Shown here in pieces: positions 17,215-31,710 of a DNA stretch of 64,000 nt; the stretch's first letter is position 1; every line of letters starts with the position of its first letter. This DNA is from the human T2T-CHM13v2.0 reference genome, Homo sapiens: the NCBI RefSeq assembly GCF_009914755.1, contig NC_060930.1. One strand, 5' to 3'. The notes under the pieces were generated by a model. It made no database searches, was not told where the DNA came from, and saw only the letters and a program-made list of their open reading frames with translations. Both the position numbers and the translations under genes were made by a program.

Positions 17215-17370
17215 ATGGTAGTCACATGCAGATATTTAAATTTAAGTATAAATTAATTAAAATTAAATAAATAAAAATTTAATTCTTTCCATAGTCCTGT
17301 GTGGTTCATGGCTGCCATGTTGGATTGTCAGAAATGTTTCCATCACCGCAGAAAGTTCTATTGGGCAGGA
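17215..17370. mobile_element. MER3/MER33-like hAT MITE
   Basis: 'aaattaattaaaattaaataaa...tttccatcaccgcagaaagttctattgg'. Confidence 0.65.
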
Positions 17371-18614
17371 TTGGATTTGAAATTATGTGATCATGTTGCC
17401 TAGAAAACAGCATTCTTACATAGGGTACTATGAGGCACAGTGACAAGCAAAAGCCAACATTTCAGTTCTGATGAGCATTGCTCATTCATTAACCTTCTAA
17501 TGTAGATGTTTCCTGTTCTCAGGTAGCTTTTCTCCTTGTGGTGAAGGTCCAGACTCCTTCCATCCTGTGATTCTGCTATGTCCTAACTCCCTGGAGTTCT
17601 GCTACCAGCTGCTGGAAGGGAAAAGAAAGGGCACTGGCTTCTTAACTATCTTGGCCTGAAAGTGATAAAATCATTTCCTTGTAATCTATTGGTGACAACA
17701 AGTTTTACAGCCCATCCAGATGTGAGGCTTTCCGGTAGCAACTCTATCTTATGATAGAAGTCGTTGAGAAACCACCACAGACAGTTTCTCGGTAGTTGAG
17801 AAACCGTGCAAAATAAATGTGAAATTTTTATGGAAAAGTAACTAATGGTCGAGGGATCGTTTTGTAAATTGTTAAACTAATTACATTCTTTCATCTTCAG
17901 TATATATGTGTTTTCTACCTTTTTAAATGAATTGGTTTTCACACTGTAATTTGATAATCTCTAAGAACCAATGAATATTATTTTCATTTTCTTAGTCATG
18001 GAAACTCTGTTTTACAAACTAAGAACAGCTCAGTAAGACAACCTCATTTTTACTCATTCTTATAAAAAGTTATAGATTCATGGGAAATTTAAATGAAATT
18101 GATTATATATATTTATATGTATAATCTTATATATAAAAACCTACATATAAATTTATGTAGAGTTTTTTATTTTATAGAAGCAATAGTGATACTCTTTGTT
18201 TCTAGAATTTTCCTTTGAACATTTAAATATTATATAATAGAGAAGAATAGAGTTTATATAAAATTACGATTTCATGTATTATATGGAGTAAAGTACACTT
18301 GCAAAGGAGCATCCCTTATTGTTATATATATGGAGTTGTTGGCAGAACTCTCATGAAATTGTCTCTTGTAAATCAACAATCAAGTTAAAGATAAATTTCC
18401 AGATGACCCATACCCAAAGTGTGCATGTTTTATGATTGTAAATATGGTAATTGGATATCCACTGTAAATACATACATCCTCAGTGAATTATGAAGTCCCT
18501 TATTGACTTTGGCACTTGGGAGCACACACAAAAAAAGACAGTGGTGCAAAGTTACCACTGTATCTAGATTCAGTTTTAACCTTTTTCTTCCCTCCATCCC
18601 TCTCTCCTATCTAT

Positions 18615-19132
18615 CTTTTAAGTTTTATTTTAAATTCAGGGGTATATGTGCAGGTTTGTTACATAGGTAGACTTGTGTCATGAGAGTTTGTTATACAGAT
18701 TATTTCATCTCCCAGGTATTAAGCCTAGTACTCATTTGTTATTTTTCCTGATCCTCTCCTTCTTCCTACTCGCCACCCTCTGATAGGCCCCGTTGTATGT
18801 CGTTCTCCTCTATGTGTCCATGTATTCTCATCATTTAGCCTCCACTTATGAGTAATAACATGTGGTATTTGGTTTTCTGTTCCTGTGTTAGTTTGCTAAG
18901 GGTAGTGGCCTCCAGCTCCATCAATGTCCTTGCAAAGGACATGATCTTGTTCTTTTTTATGGCTGCATAGTATTCCATAGCATTTATGTATCACATTTCC
19001 TTCTATCCAGCCTATCACTGATGGACATTTAGGTTGATTCCATCTCTTTGCTATTGTGAATAGTGCTGCCAAGAACATATATGTGCATGTGTCTTTATAA
19101 TAGAATAATTTATATTTCTTTGGGTATATGCC
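18615..19132 (-). mobile_element. L1PA (old, PA13-16-like) 3' end fragment
   Basis: L1 3'UTR 'gtgcaggtttgttacataggta...' plus ORF2 C-terminus (MFLAALFTIAKRWNQPKCPS). Confidence 0.9.
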
Positions 19133-19216
19133 CTATCTATCTATCTATCTATCTGTCTGTCTATCATCTATCTCTCCATCTATCTACCTACCTACCTATT
19201 ATCTATGTATTTATCT
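19133..19216. repeat. (CTAT)n/(CTAC)n tetranucleotide microsatellite
   Basis: Seen directly. Confidence 0.9.
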
Positions 19217-19224
19217 AAACAATC

Positions 19225-20226
19225 ATTGCTTTGCAGAAGTGTGGGATTGTAACAATGACCTTTCAAACTGAAATTGCACAAAGCAATGTTAATTATCCAT
19301 GGGAAAAATTAGTATTCTTTCATGACCTTTAAAATTTTTGTCAAAACATTAAAAAAAATTATTTCAGTCTTAAATGTGTAAGGTAATTAAAAATCTGTAA
19401 AGGTACTTATTTAGCATATTATTTTTTAAAACAGAAATATTGAGAATTAAAGTGTTTTATTTATTTGTAAAAGCTTATCAAGGGTAGTTGGAACCATGGT
19501 TGCCTTCTTTCTATATAACTTAATGATATGGAGCTAACATCTTTTCTATGCCTTGGTGAATTGTCATAATCCTCTTTAAGTTTAGATCAGCTTCCAACGT
19601 TTTATCCTTTGTGCATGCAATGTCACAAATTTTCCCCAAGAGTTTTTTTAATGTGAATTTTTTTCTGACATCTCTTCCTCTGGGACATCTTTCTTTTCAT
19701 CACAGTCACTTTCCTCATTTATGTTGGTAAGTTCTCTTTCACTAAGTGTTTATGGATACATGTCTAGAGTCTCTGGAATGGTGAAAAGATCCACATTCCC
19801 ATGGTCAGCTATTTATGAAATGTTCTAATTTCATGTCCAGTGTCAACACTTTCTTTTATTTGCTGTAATTTCATCTTTGTTGGCCAATTCTCTCTTTTGG
19901 TTATCTATTTTGTAAAATGTCATGTGGGATTATCAATGGAAGACAATGGGGAGACATAATTACATGCTTTTCTGTCTGTGCATGCAGTGAATAACATAAG
20001 GACAACAACCAATCACCAAAAGACTTTGAAAGATGCCCATAAATTCTTAACGTAGTGATTTGTTGACTGAAGAGCTAGCTGTGACGTTTGACCTTCAAGT
20101 ATTACTCCCAGTTAATACATTGTAGTCATTGAAATTTGAATCATACTGTTGGAGACTGATGTTGTTTAAATAAATCATGGTAAGTTCAATTTGTATATGT
20201 TAGAATCATGCAAACAAAGACTGCCT
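19225..20226. mobile_element. Tigger13a-like DNA transposon relic
   Basis: 'gactgaagagctagc...gaaatttgaatcatactgttggagactgatgttgtttaaataaatcatggtaa...gactgcct'. Confidence 0.6.
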
Positions 20227-20751
20227 CTGTGTGTGTGTGTGTCTTCTCTTGTTGAAATCTTTCTCGGGCCCTTAGGTTATTTCCCATTTTCTGCTATCAT
20301 TGCTACTGCTACATACCGTATAAAATGAAGCCCCCAAATCCTTTTATTTACTCTCCTGCAATGTGTCTGTGACATATACAGGGGCAGGTTTGAGGAAAGT
20401 AAGCACCAGCATTGAGTGACGTTCATAAAACACTTACCTTTGGAAATAGAATATTGCATTAAATGATAGAAGGCTATAGAACACTGCAGTCTGTAGGGGG
20501 TGCCATACCCAGGTGAACCTATAGAATCTGTTGATGTGATAGTATTCTAATTCAAGAGTAAAATGTTCATTACTTGAAATAGAAAGTATAATTTGAAACT
20601 AGTTAATTACTGGCTTTGGGAAAGAACAATGCTGATATTTACAAATAAACTAGATGTGTCTTTGGTGTGTCTACAAAGCAAATTAGAACAACTTTAAACT
20701 ACATTTTAGTAGATAAGTTTTTCCTTTGGGTTATCTCTAGTGGAATTTAGA

Positions 20752-20900
20752 TCAGTACTTTTTAAACTTTAAAATGCATTTGAGTCACCAAGAGTTTCTG
20801 TTAAAACACAGATTCTGCGTGGAGTGGGGTTTGAGCTTCTGTATTTTTTACTGGCTTGCAGGAGATGCTGATGCTGCTGACCAAACATTGAGTATCAAGG
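20752..20900. mobile_element. MER5A-like hAT MITE
   Basis: 'ttgagtcacc...ttaaaacacagattctg...gatgctgatgctgctg'. Confidence 0.7.
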
Positions 20901-21099
20901 ATCTCCAGCACCCTAGGTCTGCTGTATGAAAATGTAGGAAGCCAATGGCTTGACAAAACTGGCTTATTTAAAATTGTTTTATCTGACCATTTTCCTTTTT
21001 TAAGAAGTTGGAACAACTTTGGAACCTTCCCTATCTCCCAAGCTTCCCCCTTGTGTCTCTCTTTCTTTTTGACACCCTCTGAAAGACTCATCTTTCTCT

Positions 21100-21690
21100 G
21101 AGTCCTACATCATCACCTTCCATTCATTCACCAGCTCACCAAATCTGGCTTCAATTTGTGTCTAAACTGTCTGATAAAAACTTTCTAAATACAAATAGGA
21201 ACCTCTCTGTGCCAACTTGTATGGTGTGTTTATAAGGCCTGATAGACACTATTGAGCTCCTCTAATGAAATCCTTACCTCTTTTGGTTTCTGGAACATCG
21301 GTTCTTCTCTTGTTTCTTCTTCAACTTTTTTGGTGTCACCTGCGCCATTTCCTACATGGGCACCTCTGTTTGTCCAATCCCTTCAATGCTGGTCTCCCTG
21401 GGATTCATTCTTTTCTCTTCTAACTGACCAGGTGCTCTCCACCCATAATTTCCCCCCATAACCCCAGTTATCATATATATTTCAGTGACTTCCAGCTTTT
21501 GATTTTTCTACCTCCCAGACTGTCATAGTTCTACTCCCAGGCTAACTGTGTGACCTTGGTCAAGGTTCTTAACTATTCTGATTCTCGGTTTCCACCTACA
21601 ATATTCTGTGGGGATTAAACAATTTACCACATGTAAACTGCCTGGAAGAGTGCTTAGCACCTATAAAATATTACAAAATTCAGGCTATTG
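21100..21690. mobile_element. L2 relic followed by MIR
   Basis: L2-like pyrimidine-rich body; MIR core 'ctgtgtgaccttggtcaaggttcttaac'. Confidence 0.5.
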
Positions 21691-22279
21691 TGTATTTGTT
21701 AGAATTTTGAGCAACAAAGGGAGGCTTTTTTTTTACATTTACATTTCATTCTTTTTTTACATTTTTTTCTGTTATGCTGCATAATTTAGGTATATACTTA
21801 GGTGTTTTAAATAACAAGGATCATGAAATTCCTCTGATTTTCTTTCCCATTTCTCTGCATTGCAAAGGAGCAAGCTACAATAAATACATTAATTTGAATT
21901 ACTCTGGGATGGGACTGGCTAGAGTTTTGGCTTTACGTACTTAGTAACGTCTGACTTAATGGATACATCTAATATATAAATATGACATATTTTCTTGGTC
22001 ATGTTTTTAGTTGTGGACATCCCTCTTCATTTAAAGCCATACAACATATAACTATTGGTTTTTATCAAGGATTATGTTATATGTCAAATATCTGTCTTTT
22101 TAGATGGAATTTTTGGAATCAGTCACGTTTGGAAAATATTTTAAACTGATTTTAAATTTACGATTCTATTCCTTTACATTAATAAAAACATGATATTAAC
22201 CTAAGACCTAGCCTAAAGAATTTTAGCATGACAAATGAGCTTGATAACCAATTTATAAATAAATTATGCATTTAGTGCA

Positions 22280-23095
22280 TTTAATTCAATACACATTTAT
22301 TAAATATTAATAAAGGGTCACTCATTGAAGTTAAGTCTTGCTGGCCTCAAATTTCTCATGAGGAGGCAAATATGTAAATAAATAATTATAGTCAGGTATG
22401 TTAAGTTCTATAGTAAATGATGGTAAAACATGCTAGTAAACCAAAGGAGAGAACAGCTAATCTGTCTAGAGAAGTCATGGGGATTTTTGAAAAGGAAGTG
22501 GAATTGGATCTGGAGGACATCACCAGGAGTGAGGGGGAATGGAATTTCAGGCTTGGAGAAAAGCAGGTGCAAAGACATTTAAACTCAGAAGAGCACTGTG
22601 GGTTTGGGAAAATGATACACAGGTGCATTCCATCATCTATGTGGAGGCTGAGCAAAAGCACTCATGGAGGCCCTGACTATGTCCAGCACCTTCCTCTTTC
22701 TCCTTACAGCTTTGTCTCTATTTAGAGTGGCCTCTGGGCAGAAGAGTGGGCACAACAAGCCTGGGGATGAACACCTCACCGTCCATCTGCTCCAGGGATA
22801 GGCACTCTGCCCTTGAAGAGGGCTTAGGATACTTGAGGAAGGGAATTCCAGGGCTTCGGGGTTTCAGAGTTCTGGGTCTAGAAAGGTGAAGGCCTGGGCT
22901 CTGTGGGGGAATGTCTCCTTGGTCCCAGGGAAGATGGCCAGAGTAGGGTTTTCTACAGTCATGCCCAGAGCAGGGACACCACGGCAGGTCTGACAATGGA
23001 GCCCAAGTTCCTTGTGGCTCATAAATGGGTTGCTTAGAAGTGGCTGGATATGGAGGATGGAGCTGAGCATTTGGATTAGGGGCAGACTATGATTA
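22280..23095. mobile_element. L2 relic interrupted by a GC-rich segment (about 22620-23038)
   Basis: 'ttcaatacacatttattaa', 'aagcaggtgcaaagac', resuming at 'tggctggatatggag...ggggcagactatga'. Confidence 0.5.
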
Positions 23096-25064
23096 GGTTT
23101 TTTAAAAATATAATGACCATTGCCTTTGATGACATAATTGGTGTAATCTAATTTTACTGTGTGAGATCAAAAAGTTAAACCAGAAAAATTATACTCCTCA
23201 GTTTATGACATAGCTGTGAATGAATTATTGATTAATGATAATATTGTTCATTTTCAAAGAATTAGAACGCCAAGAACTATACTTAAGCCAAAAGTTATGT
23301 TGGACATAAGTAAATCTTTTTTTCCCCTTCAAATTTGATTGTTGCCAGAACTTTAAATTTTATAGTGATTCAAACAATTTAAACACAGTCTATTAGATGC
23401 TGTTAACATCAACAAATTAAAGAGTTGTGATGATATTAATACTTTTACTTGTGCTGTAACTACCCTTTATTATAATTCATATGTACTAAAGTTATTTTAC
23501 AAATATCTAACATAAGGGTGCTTATATTTCTTAAATATTAAGCATCATATCCATGAGTGAGGCCTAGCAAATACATAGCTAAAACTTTCAGCCAAGGTAG
23601 AAAGTTGCAAATAAAGAGCTATATTACCTTCAGATAAATGCAAGATTTTTTCTTTTATTTTTTTCCACCATTTTCAACGTTTCTTCTAGTAATTCTAATT
23701 TCTATCTGAAAGTATTCATCATAGAACATAACACAAATTTGCAATAATTCTACCAAATTTGCTAAGAAATCCTGTGACTGCCAGTGTTACAATTGGGAAA
23801 TCAAATGGAAAGAAAAGATAAAAAAGAAGTATGTAAAGAAGGAAATGGAGAAAAAGAAGAAAGGAGAATAAGAAGGATTAGAAAATTGAGGGATAAATGA
23901 ATTCTATGCACTGGATAAACTGTTGGTGATAAGGTGATAACTATTTGCCCCTTAATGAATAGTCACTGGAGATGTATACCTCTAATATACATGTATGTTT
24001 TACAGACATGCAGAATATTAAAGCCCAGGGTACACATTTTGCTATAGAACTTCTATTTTCTGAGGATTGTGGATAATAAAAAATTAAAATTTGGCTGCAT
24101 TTTGATAAGTACAATTTTTAAAAGTGTTTTTATAACCCAAAATATGAAAACCAAGCCAAAATCCTTATTGCTATCTTGAACTTTGGAACCAAATTATGAA
24201 CATGATTGTGAGTTCTAAACTCTTGTTGCAACTAATCAAACATTGATTTTTCAGGCTCCTCTCTTGTTAATTTCAGGTAACTATGATAATAGAATACCAC
24301 TATACTACACCAGTAAGCTCTCATTTCACATGCCCCAAAGATTAAAATAGAAAGAAAGAAAAAATGTTCCCATGGCAACTGTAACTCAAAATGTTGTTTT
24401 AAATCTTTATTCTCCTTGGTTTCTTGTAAGTAGAACTCATTTATTTTGCTAGAGAAAATTTAATGTAGAGGAGATACATTGGGTGTGGCAGGAAAAAGTC
24501 ACTTTTCTCAGCAAAAGACATCTTAATCTCAGTGCATATTCTAGAATTAGCAAGGATATTATAAGGCAGGCAGTTGCACCATCTCATAAAAATAAAATAA
24601 AACACCGTTCAGTTGGTCAGTAGAGATTCATAATCTTCAGTGTTAGATGAAACATCCGGCTGCCTCAGAAAAAACAGTTTTGTTAAATCGCCCAGATATC
24701 GTAACACTGTGTAGATAAAGTCTTGGTTCTATAAAGGTTAAATTAGACAATATCAGGTTTTTCTGCTAAGTCGACGAATATGACTCAAATGACTGGCTGA
24801 AACACTAAATATTCAGGTAAAACAAGTATGATTTGGCCTTTAAAATACATAAAAATGTTAAATTGTTGAGGTCCATTTGTTTCCAATTGGTTGGTAGATA
24901 TTATGTAAAAACTTAAAACCATGCCTAGAGAAAAAAAATGCCGTATAGAATAACGTGGTTAGTTTTCTGTCCTAATAATAACTTTGTACAATTATAGAGT
25001 TCTCTACATTTTTCAAATGTTTCTATTTATATTTTCTTATTTAATTGTCCAAACAATTTTTTTA

Positions 25065-25423
<359 letters not shown>

Positions 25424-25469
25424 GAGATGGAGTCTTGGGTTAATTGACTAGCCTCCAGCGGTGGATCAT

Positions 25470-25875
25470 TAGGATAATATCCCCCACATTGTTTTCACTT
25501 CCCACTGTCTATATCTATTCCTTTTAAGTAGTCAGTCTTTCCCTGCACCCCCACCACTGTTGAGCTTAGTCGTATGATTGTTTCTGGCCAATGGGATAAT
25601 AGCAAATGAGGTGCAAACACAGGCCTGACGAGTGCTTGCGCATTGCGCATGCCATTTCTTTCTGACAGGAATCATTCCGCCACAAGCGAACGAGCCTGGG
25701 CTGGCCTTGTGGAAGCCTAGCCGAGGCCTCAGAATATGGATGAGATCATCTGAGACCATCCACCCCAGGAAGCCAGCAAAGTGGCTAGAACCCGCCATAC
25801 CACCGCAGAATCACGATTGCTGTTCTGAGTCACTACATTTCAGGTGACTTGTTGAGCAGCAAACGAGCTGACGAA
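25470..25875 (+). mobile_element. MLT1 (F/G-like) MaLR LTR
   Basis: 'ctggccaatgggataatagcaaat', 'cagaatc', 'gtcactacatttcaggtgacttgttgagcagcaaa'. Confidence 0.65.
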
Positions 25876-27982
25876 CCTAAAGTCAGAAGATGCTAGCGGA
25901 AGAAACAGGACCCAGAACTCCATTGGAAAATGGGTGAGTATTTTACCCAGAAGGTGGACAGAAATAATCTACAGGATTATAAAAATGGAAAAGGGAGAAA
26001 TCAAATCCTTTTTATAGTGAGTATCAAAGGCTTTAATTTTAGTTTATTTTTACAAAATTCTTTTATCTTTTAGTTAAAATAGATGTTATCTCCAGACACA
26101 TTTTTCTGCTTCTATATTTGTCCTGTAGTCTCTTGCATCATAGTATGTGACTTTTATGTGGTTAAATTTTCTAGGAAAGATGTAAGATAAAACAGTTCAG
26201 GTTCATTTATTATGTTGACATATTTATAATTCATGGCATATGTATTTTACCTTATTCAGGTCTATAGAGTTTAATAAAATGACCAAGGAAATATAAAGTA
26301 ACATTTTTTATTTTTGAGCTTCCTTCTATAGTGGTTTTGTGATCTCAAATCAGTAGTTCAGAATTGCTTTAAAATACAACAGGTTATTTTTTGTTTTTGC
26401 TGTTTACATGATATCAGGATGTTGTACTAAATATCCCAATGGGAAAAAAAAATCATTTTTCAGTGTTTGTCATCTTAGTAGTTGCCTTGGTGAATTTCCT
26501 TCAATTCTTCATCAAGTTTTCTACTGGTTTTGTACTGAGATTGATCACTTTCAGGAACAAAATAATGTTTTTAAATTAAGATTTAATTTGCAGGGGTCTG
26601 GGGAAGAGGGTAAAACAATGGCTTTTCAGAGGAGGCTGGCAGTCACTTTAAAGTCCAGAGCTGTAGCATGGCTTCATAATACCCCACTTAAAAAAAATAT
26701 ATCTCACAGTAAAGTAAATATTTTGACAAGGATCTAGACATCAGTTGGAGCTTATCCAGTATTAAACAGAAACACGTGCTTTGTTCAAGGCATTTGCAGA
26801 AAACAAAACCATCTTGCTTTCTTATATTTATTTATTTATTTTTCAAGTTCAATCTTCTATTTATGTCAGGTCATGGCAAAAGGAGGCCAGGGAGTTGGAA
26901 ACAAAGGCAGATTTTTTTCATTTCATCTAAAAGCTGAAACAGTCTCTCATCCTCCTCTTCCCCAAATGCCTTTATCCATTACCTCAAAGCCTAGGCTCTC
27001 ACCCTACCCAGACTTACCCCTCCATCTGTGAATATATAGACATGCTTTGGTCCAGGGGTAATTGTAAGTGCCAATAAAAAGGAAGCTGAACACACACCCC
27101 TCCCTTTGAAGAAAATGCTGGGAATCCACTTTCTTTTTGGTTTTATTTTCCACCTTATCTGAGCTGTACCTGCTGGTACTGCTGTTCCTTGTGATATGAG
27201 AGCTTCCCATTCTGGCAATGGGGAGAACGTTTTCTCTTCTAAACTAAAAGTTTAAAACGTTATTAATATCTCATACAACAGTGCCAGGAGAGAGTGTACC
27301 TGCTTCCTCTGGACCATACAAGCCCCCAAATTTGAGGCACTACCCTATATTAAGTGGCACAGACAACAGCTATGCAAAACCAAATAGCCAAGTGACTTCT
27401 ATCCAGTAGGATAAACAAACACCAAAAAAAGGAAATGCACCTCCAACCCACAATATTTTTGTTTGTTTTTATAGGGATGATGTAACTGGTTAAAGTTTTC
27501 ACTTTTCAACTTGTTACAATGATGTGACTTTGATGACTTTTTTAGCTCCACTCAGAATAAAATATTGGGGTAATTTTAGAGTTGTAGGGACGATGAAGCA
27601 CTGACAATGTTTTGGTTAAGTTTTTAAAAATATTTTTTATTTTCAAATGGTAAAATTATCTGTGTCAGGTAGTTTTACATGTTAAACTTCAAATTACCCA
27701 TTTACAAAATGTAAAGGTAGTAAAATGGGAAAACACCCATTTTTAATATTTCCATAAAATCACAATTGTAACTGATGTTTCCATGGTCACCCATCTGAGG
27801 AGGGGGAGGACAATATGGTCATAAAAGTGACTAGATCCAAATGGTAATTCCATGGCTCATGCTCACCAATTGACTTTCTGAAAGGAGCTTGAGATCTCGT
27901 TACTTCTTTCGAGAATTTCTTTCTCAGACGTAGGCAGAAGAAAGGGAACTCACAAACATTTTCCCATTAAGATCACCTTTTG

Positions 27983-28272
27983 GGACTGGACACGGTGGCT
28001 CAAGCCTGTAATCCTTGCATTTTGGGAGGCTGAGGCGGGTGGATCACTTGAGGTCAGGGGTTCGAGACCAGCCTGGCCAAAATGGCGAAACCCTATCTCT
28101 ACTGAAAATACAAAAACTAGCCGGGCAAGATGGCATCCTGTGATTCCAGCTACTCGGGAGGCTGAGGCAGGAGAATCGCTTGAATCGGGAGGCGGAGGTT
28201 GCAGTGAGCTGAGATCGTGCCACTGCACTCCAGCCTGGGTGACAAAAACAAACAAACAAACAAACAAAAAAA
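27983..28272 (+). mobile_element. AluS
   Basis: Full dimer, (CAAA)n tail; TSD aagatcaccttttg / aagtacaccttttg. Confidence 0.95.
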
Positions 28273-29269
28273 GTACACCTTTTGGTGATTAGGACTGGCT
28301 GATGCTGCTCACTGACTGGAGTCTATTTTGTAGCCTTGTCATTTTCTCTTACCATTACCAACATCATGTTTTGGATACCACTAGCAGCAGTGGGGATCTT
28401 GCCCTGCCATTCTCAGAAGGGTTGTGTGCTGAGCCACTCCTCCATGGTGCTACCTGAAGTTAGACCACATCACTTTCCCTGCCCAAGGTTGGTGGGGGGC
28501 CTGTTTCTCACAGCACCACTAGGTCCACATCTTACCAGTCATCATTCATTATAAAAATTAAAATTCCACTCTCTCTCTCTCCTTCACTTGGACTTCAGAT
28601 TAAATTCTCCATATCTTCCATTCTATTTTCAGGACTCCTATCCCAGTTTATTTATTAATTATTATCGGTCCATTGGTTCATGGCAGCTTTTCTAAAATTT
28701 AAGAAGTTGGTTTAAGAAATTGGATCAGTCAGACTAGTTGTTACCAAACTAAGTATCCTGGGGTACATGAAGATTCCCAGGGAACATGCTCGCATGGAGA
28801 GCTTTAAGGGAACAATTTTCAGACTCTGAACATTCTATGTGTTTTCTGTTGTAACTTTTTCTTTCTGAGAAGGCGTTTGTGTTTGAAGACCCAAGCAGGT
28901 CTGCTTTCTTACCTCCCCTTTCAGAATTGCCCTTATCTTGTTTATAAAGAAAGGCATGTCTTTCACTAATTCAGAACCTTATTATTGTTTGGTGCCCCAG
29001 GGTATACAGACTTCGAGGATGCCAGACAAAAAGATCATTTGAAATATTGTTGTCACTAAGCCTTCTTTGATCAAGACACCATGAGCTCATGGTAAGTCTT
29101 CATGTTGTTCTGCCTTATATTTATTTTTAAGTGAGAAGAGTTGTATGTTGCAACATTCTGAGGTCACGTGTACCATGGAACAGGACAGCAGGACTAGACA
29201 ATTTTCACTCAACAATCTTGCCTTCTTTGGCTATGCATATGCCTGTGGACATCTATTTCAAATGGAAGA

Positions 29270-29490
29270 GGCTGTGTGCCTATGAACATGGACTCTGGAC
29301 TCATATAGCCCTTGTATATAATCCATCTTCATTACTCACTAGCTCTGTAACCATAGGCAAGCCTCAGTTCCTCATCCATAAAATGCCATTAAAAATAATG
29401 CCTACCTCATAGTGCTGCAATGAGGATTAATAGAGACAATGCTGGAAATGCATTTCAGAGAAGAACCAGAACAAAACAAATGCTTGCTTA
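29270..29490. mobile_element. MIR
   Basis: 'cactagctctgtaacc...cctcagttcctcatccataaaatg...ctacctcatagtgctgcaatgaggattaa'. Confidence 0.7.
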
Positions 29491-29588
29491 ACAAATGCTC
29501 ATCTCATATATAACCATGCTATAGATTTCCTTATCATAAAGTTACAACAGGAGAACATCCTCAGGCAAAACCAACTGTCCAGCTGAGT

Positions 29589-30207
29589 TGTAAAGACTAT
29601 TTAATCTTGCCCAAAGAAAGTCTGGCTTTTGCCCTTGTCTCATGGGAGGTAATCTCTAAATCCTTGGGATATCCTATCTGATAAATGTATCTCTGTCACA
29701 TGCAGGCTTTGGGCCAACTGGATAATAACAATGTGATTTAGAATAGGGGTTTTGGTTATGCAATATCTGCTGGACTTCTGGAAGGGCTGGAGACTGAAAT
29801 CAGCCATGTGGGCAGTCAGTCATGCCTGTGTAAGAGAGTCTCAATAAAATCTCTGGACACCAAGGCTTGGATGAACTCCCTTGTTTGGAAATGCTCTGTG
29901 CATATTGTCACGCGTTGATGCTGGGAAAGTAACACTATTCATAATTCCATGGGGAGAGGGCAACTAGAAGCTCCATGTTTTGTGATTTCCAGGACTGTGT
30001 CCTATATGCCTTTTCCCTTGGCTGATTTTAATCTGTATTCTTTAGCTGTAATAAGCTGCAACCATGAGCATAACAGCCTTCAGAGAGTTCCATGAATCGT
30101 TCTAGCTAATTATCAAATCCAAGAGTCATTGTGGAGGCCCCTGAATTTGCATTTGATTGTCAGAAGTGAGTGCAGTTTTGTGGACTGTTCTTTCTAAACT
30201 TTGCATC
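29589..30207 (+). mobile_element. MER21-like LTR
   Basis: 'ggagactgaaatcagccatgtgggcagtcagtcatgcct', 'caataaaatctctggacaccaaggcttgg', 'cccttggctgattttaatctgta'. Confidence 0.7.
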
Positions 30208-30726
30208 AACAAAACATCTTTTTCCTTGCATCCATAGGGGTTGATGTTTTTCCGTTGGCCAACTTGAGTTTTGTGATAATTTGTCCAGGAACTCAACAAT
30301 TAACTCTATCTTTCCTAGTAATAGCACACATGGAGGAGAATTGCTTCTCCTGACTGACAATCAAGGAAGAACCTGGAAATGCTCAGTGGTAAATGTTCCT
30401 CATGCAGCTGGCAGAGTACCTTGGCTTCCAGTCATCCCCACAGGGCACTCAACAAGGATGAAGAACTGAGTTACCCTTGACAAGTCAGTGTCCACACTGG
30501 CATGATTAAGTGGGAAAAAGTTTGTCACTTTCTCTATCCCTTCCATACTAGTGAAGGTGGTGCAGGAAGCATAGATATCCCATTCCAAATTGAGTGATGC
30601 GTGGATGGTAGTGTATTCCACTTAGCTTCAAAGTTCCTTTCTAAAATCTTGGACATGCTTTTTATGTCTTTAGACACTCACTTTACTCCACCTGCTTGCA
30701 TTTAGTAGGCACTGTAAGTTGGGAGT

Positions 30727-31510
<784 letters not shown>

Positions 31511-31710
31511 GGGGTTGAGGTACTTGAGCATTATCTCAAGCTTATCATTGAATATGAGCTTGACCTAGCCTACTGGAATAAAGGAAACAATAAAAACAGA
31601 ATGGCTTTGTGGGGACAATGTATAGAATGCTTTTCCATTTTTCTCAAAGTCTTCTATTTGTATCATTTTGCTTGTGCAAAGATAATTTGCCAGGAATATA
31701 TTGGTCCCAG

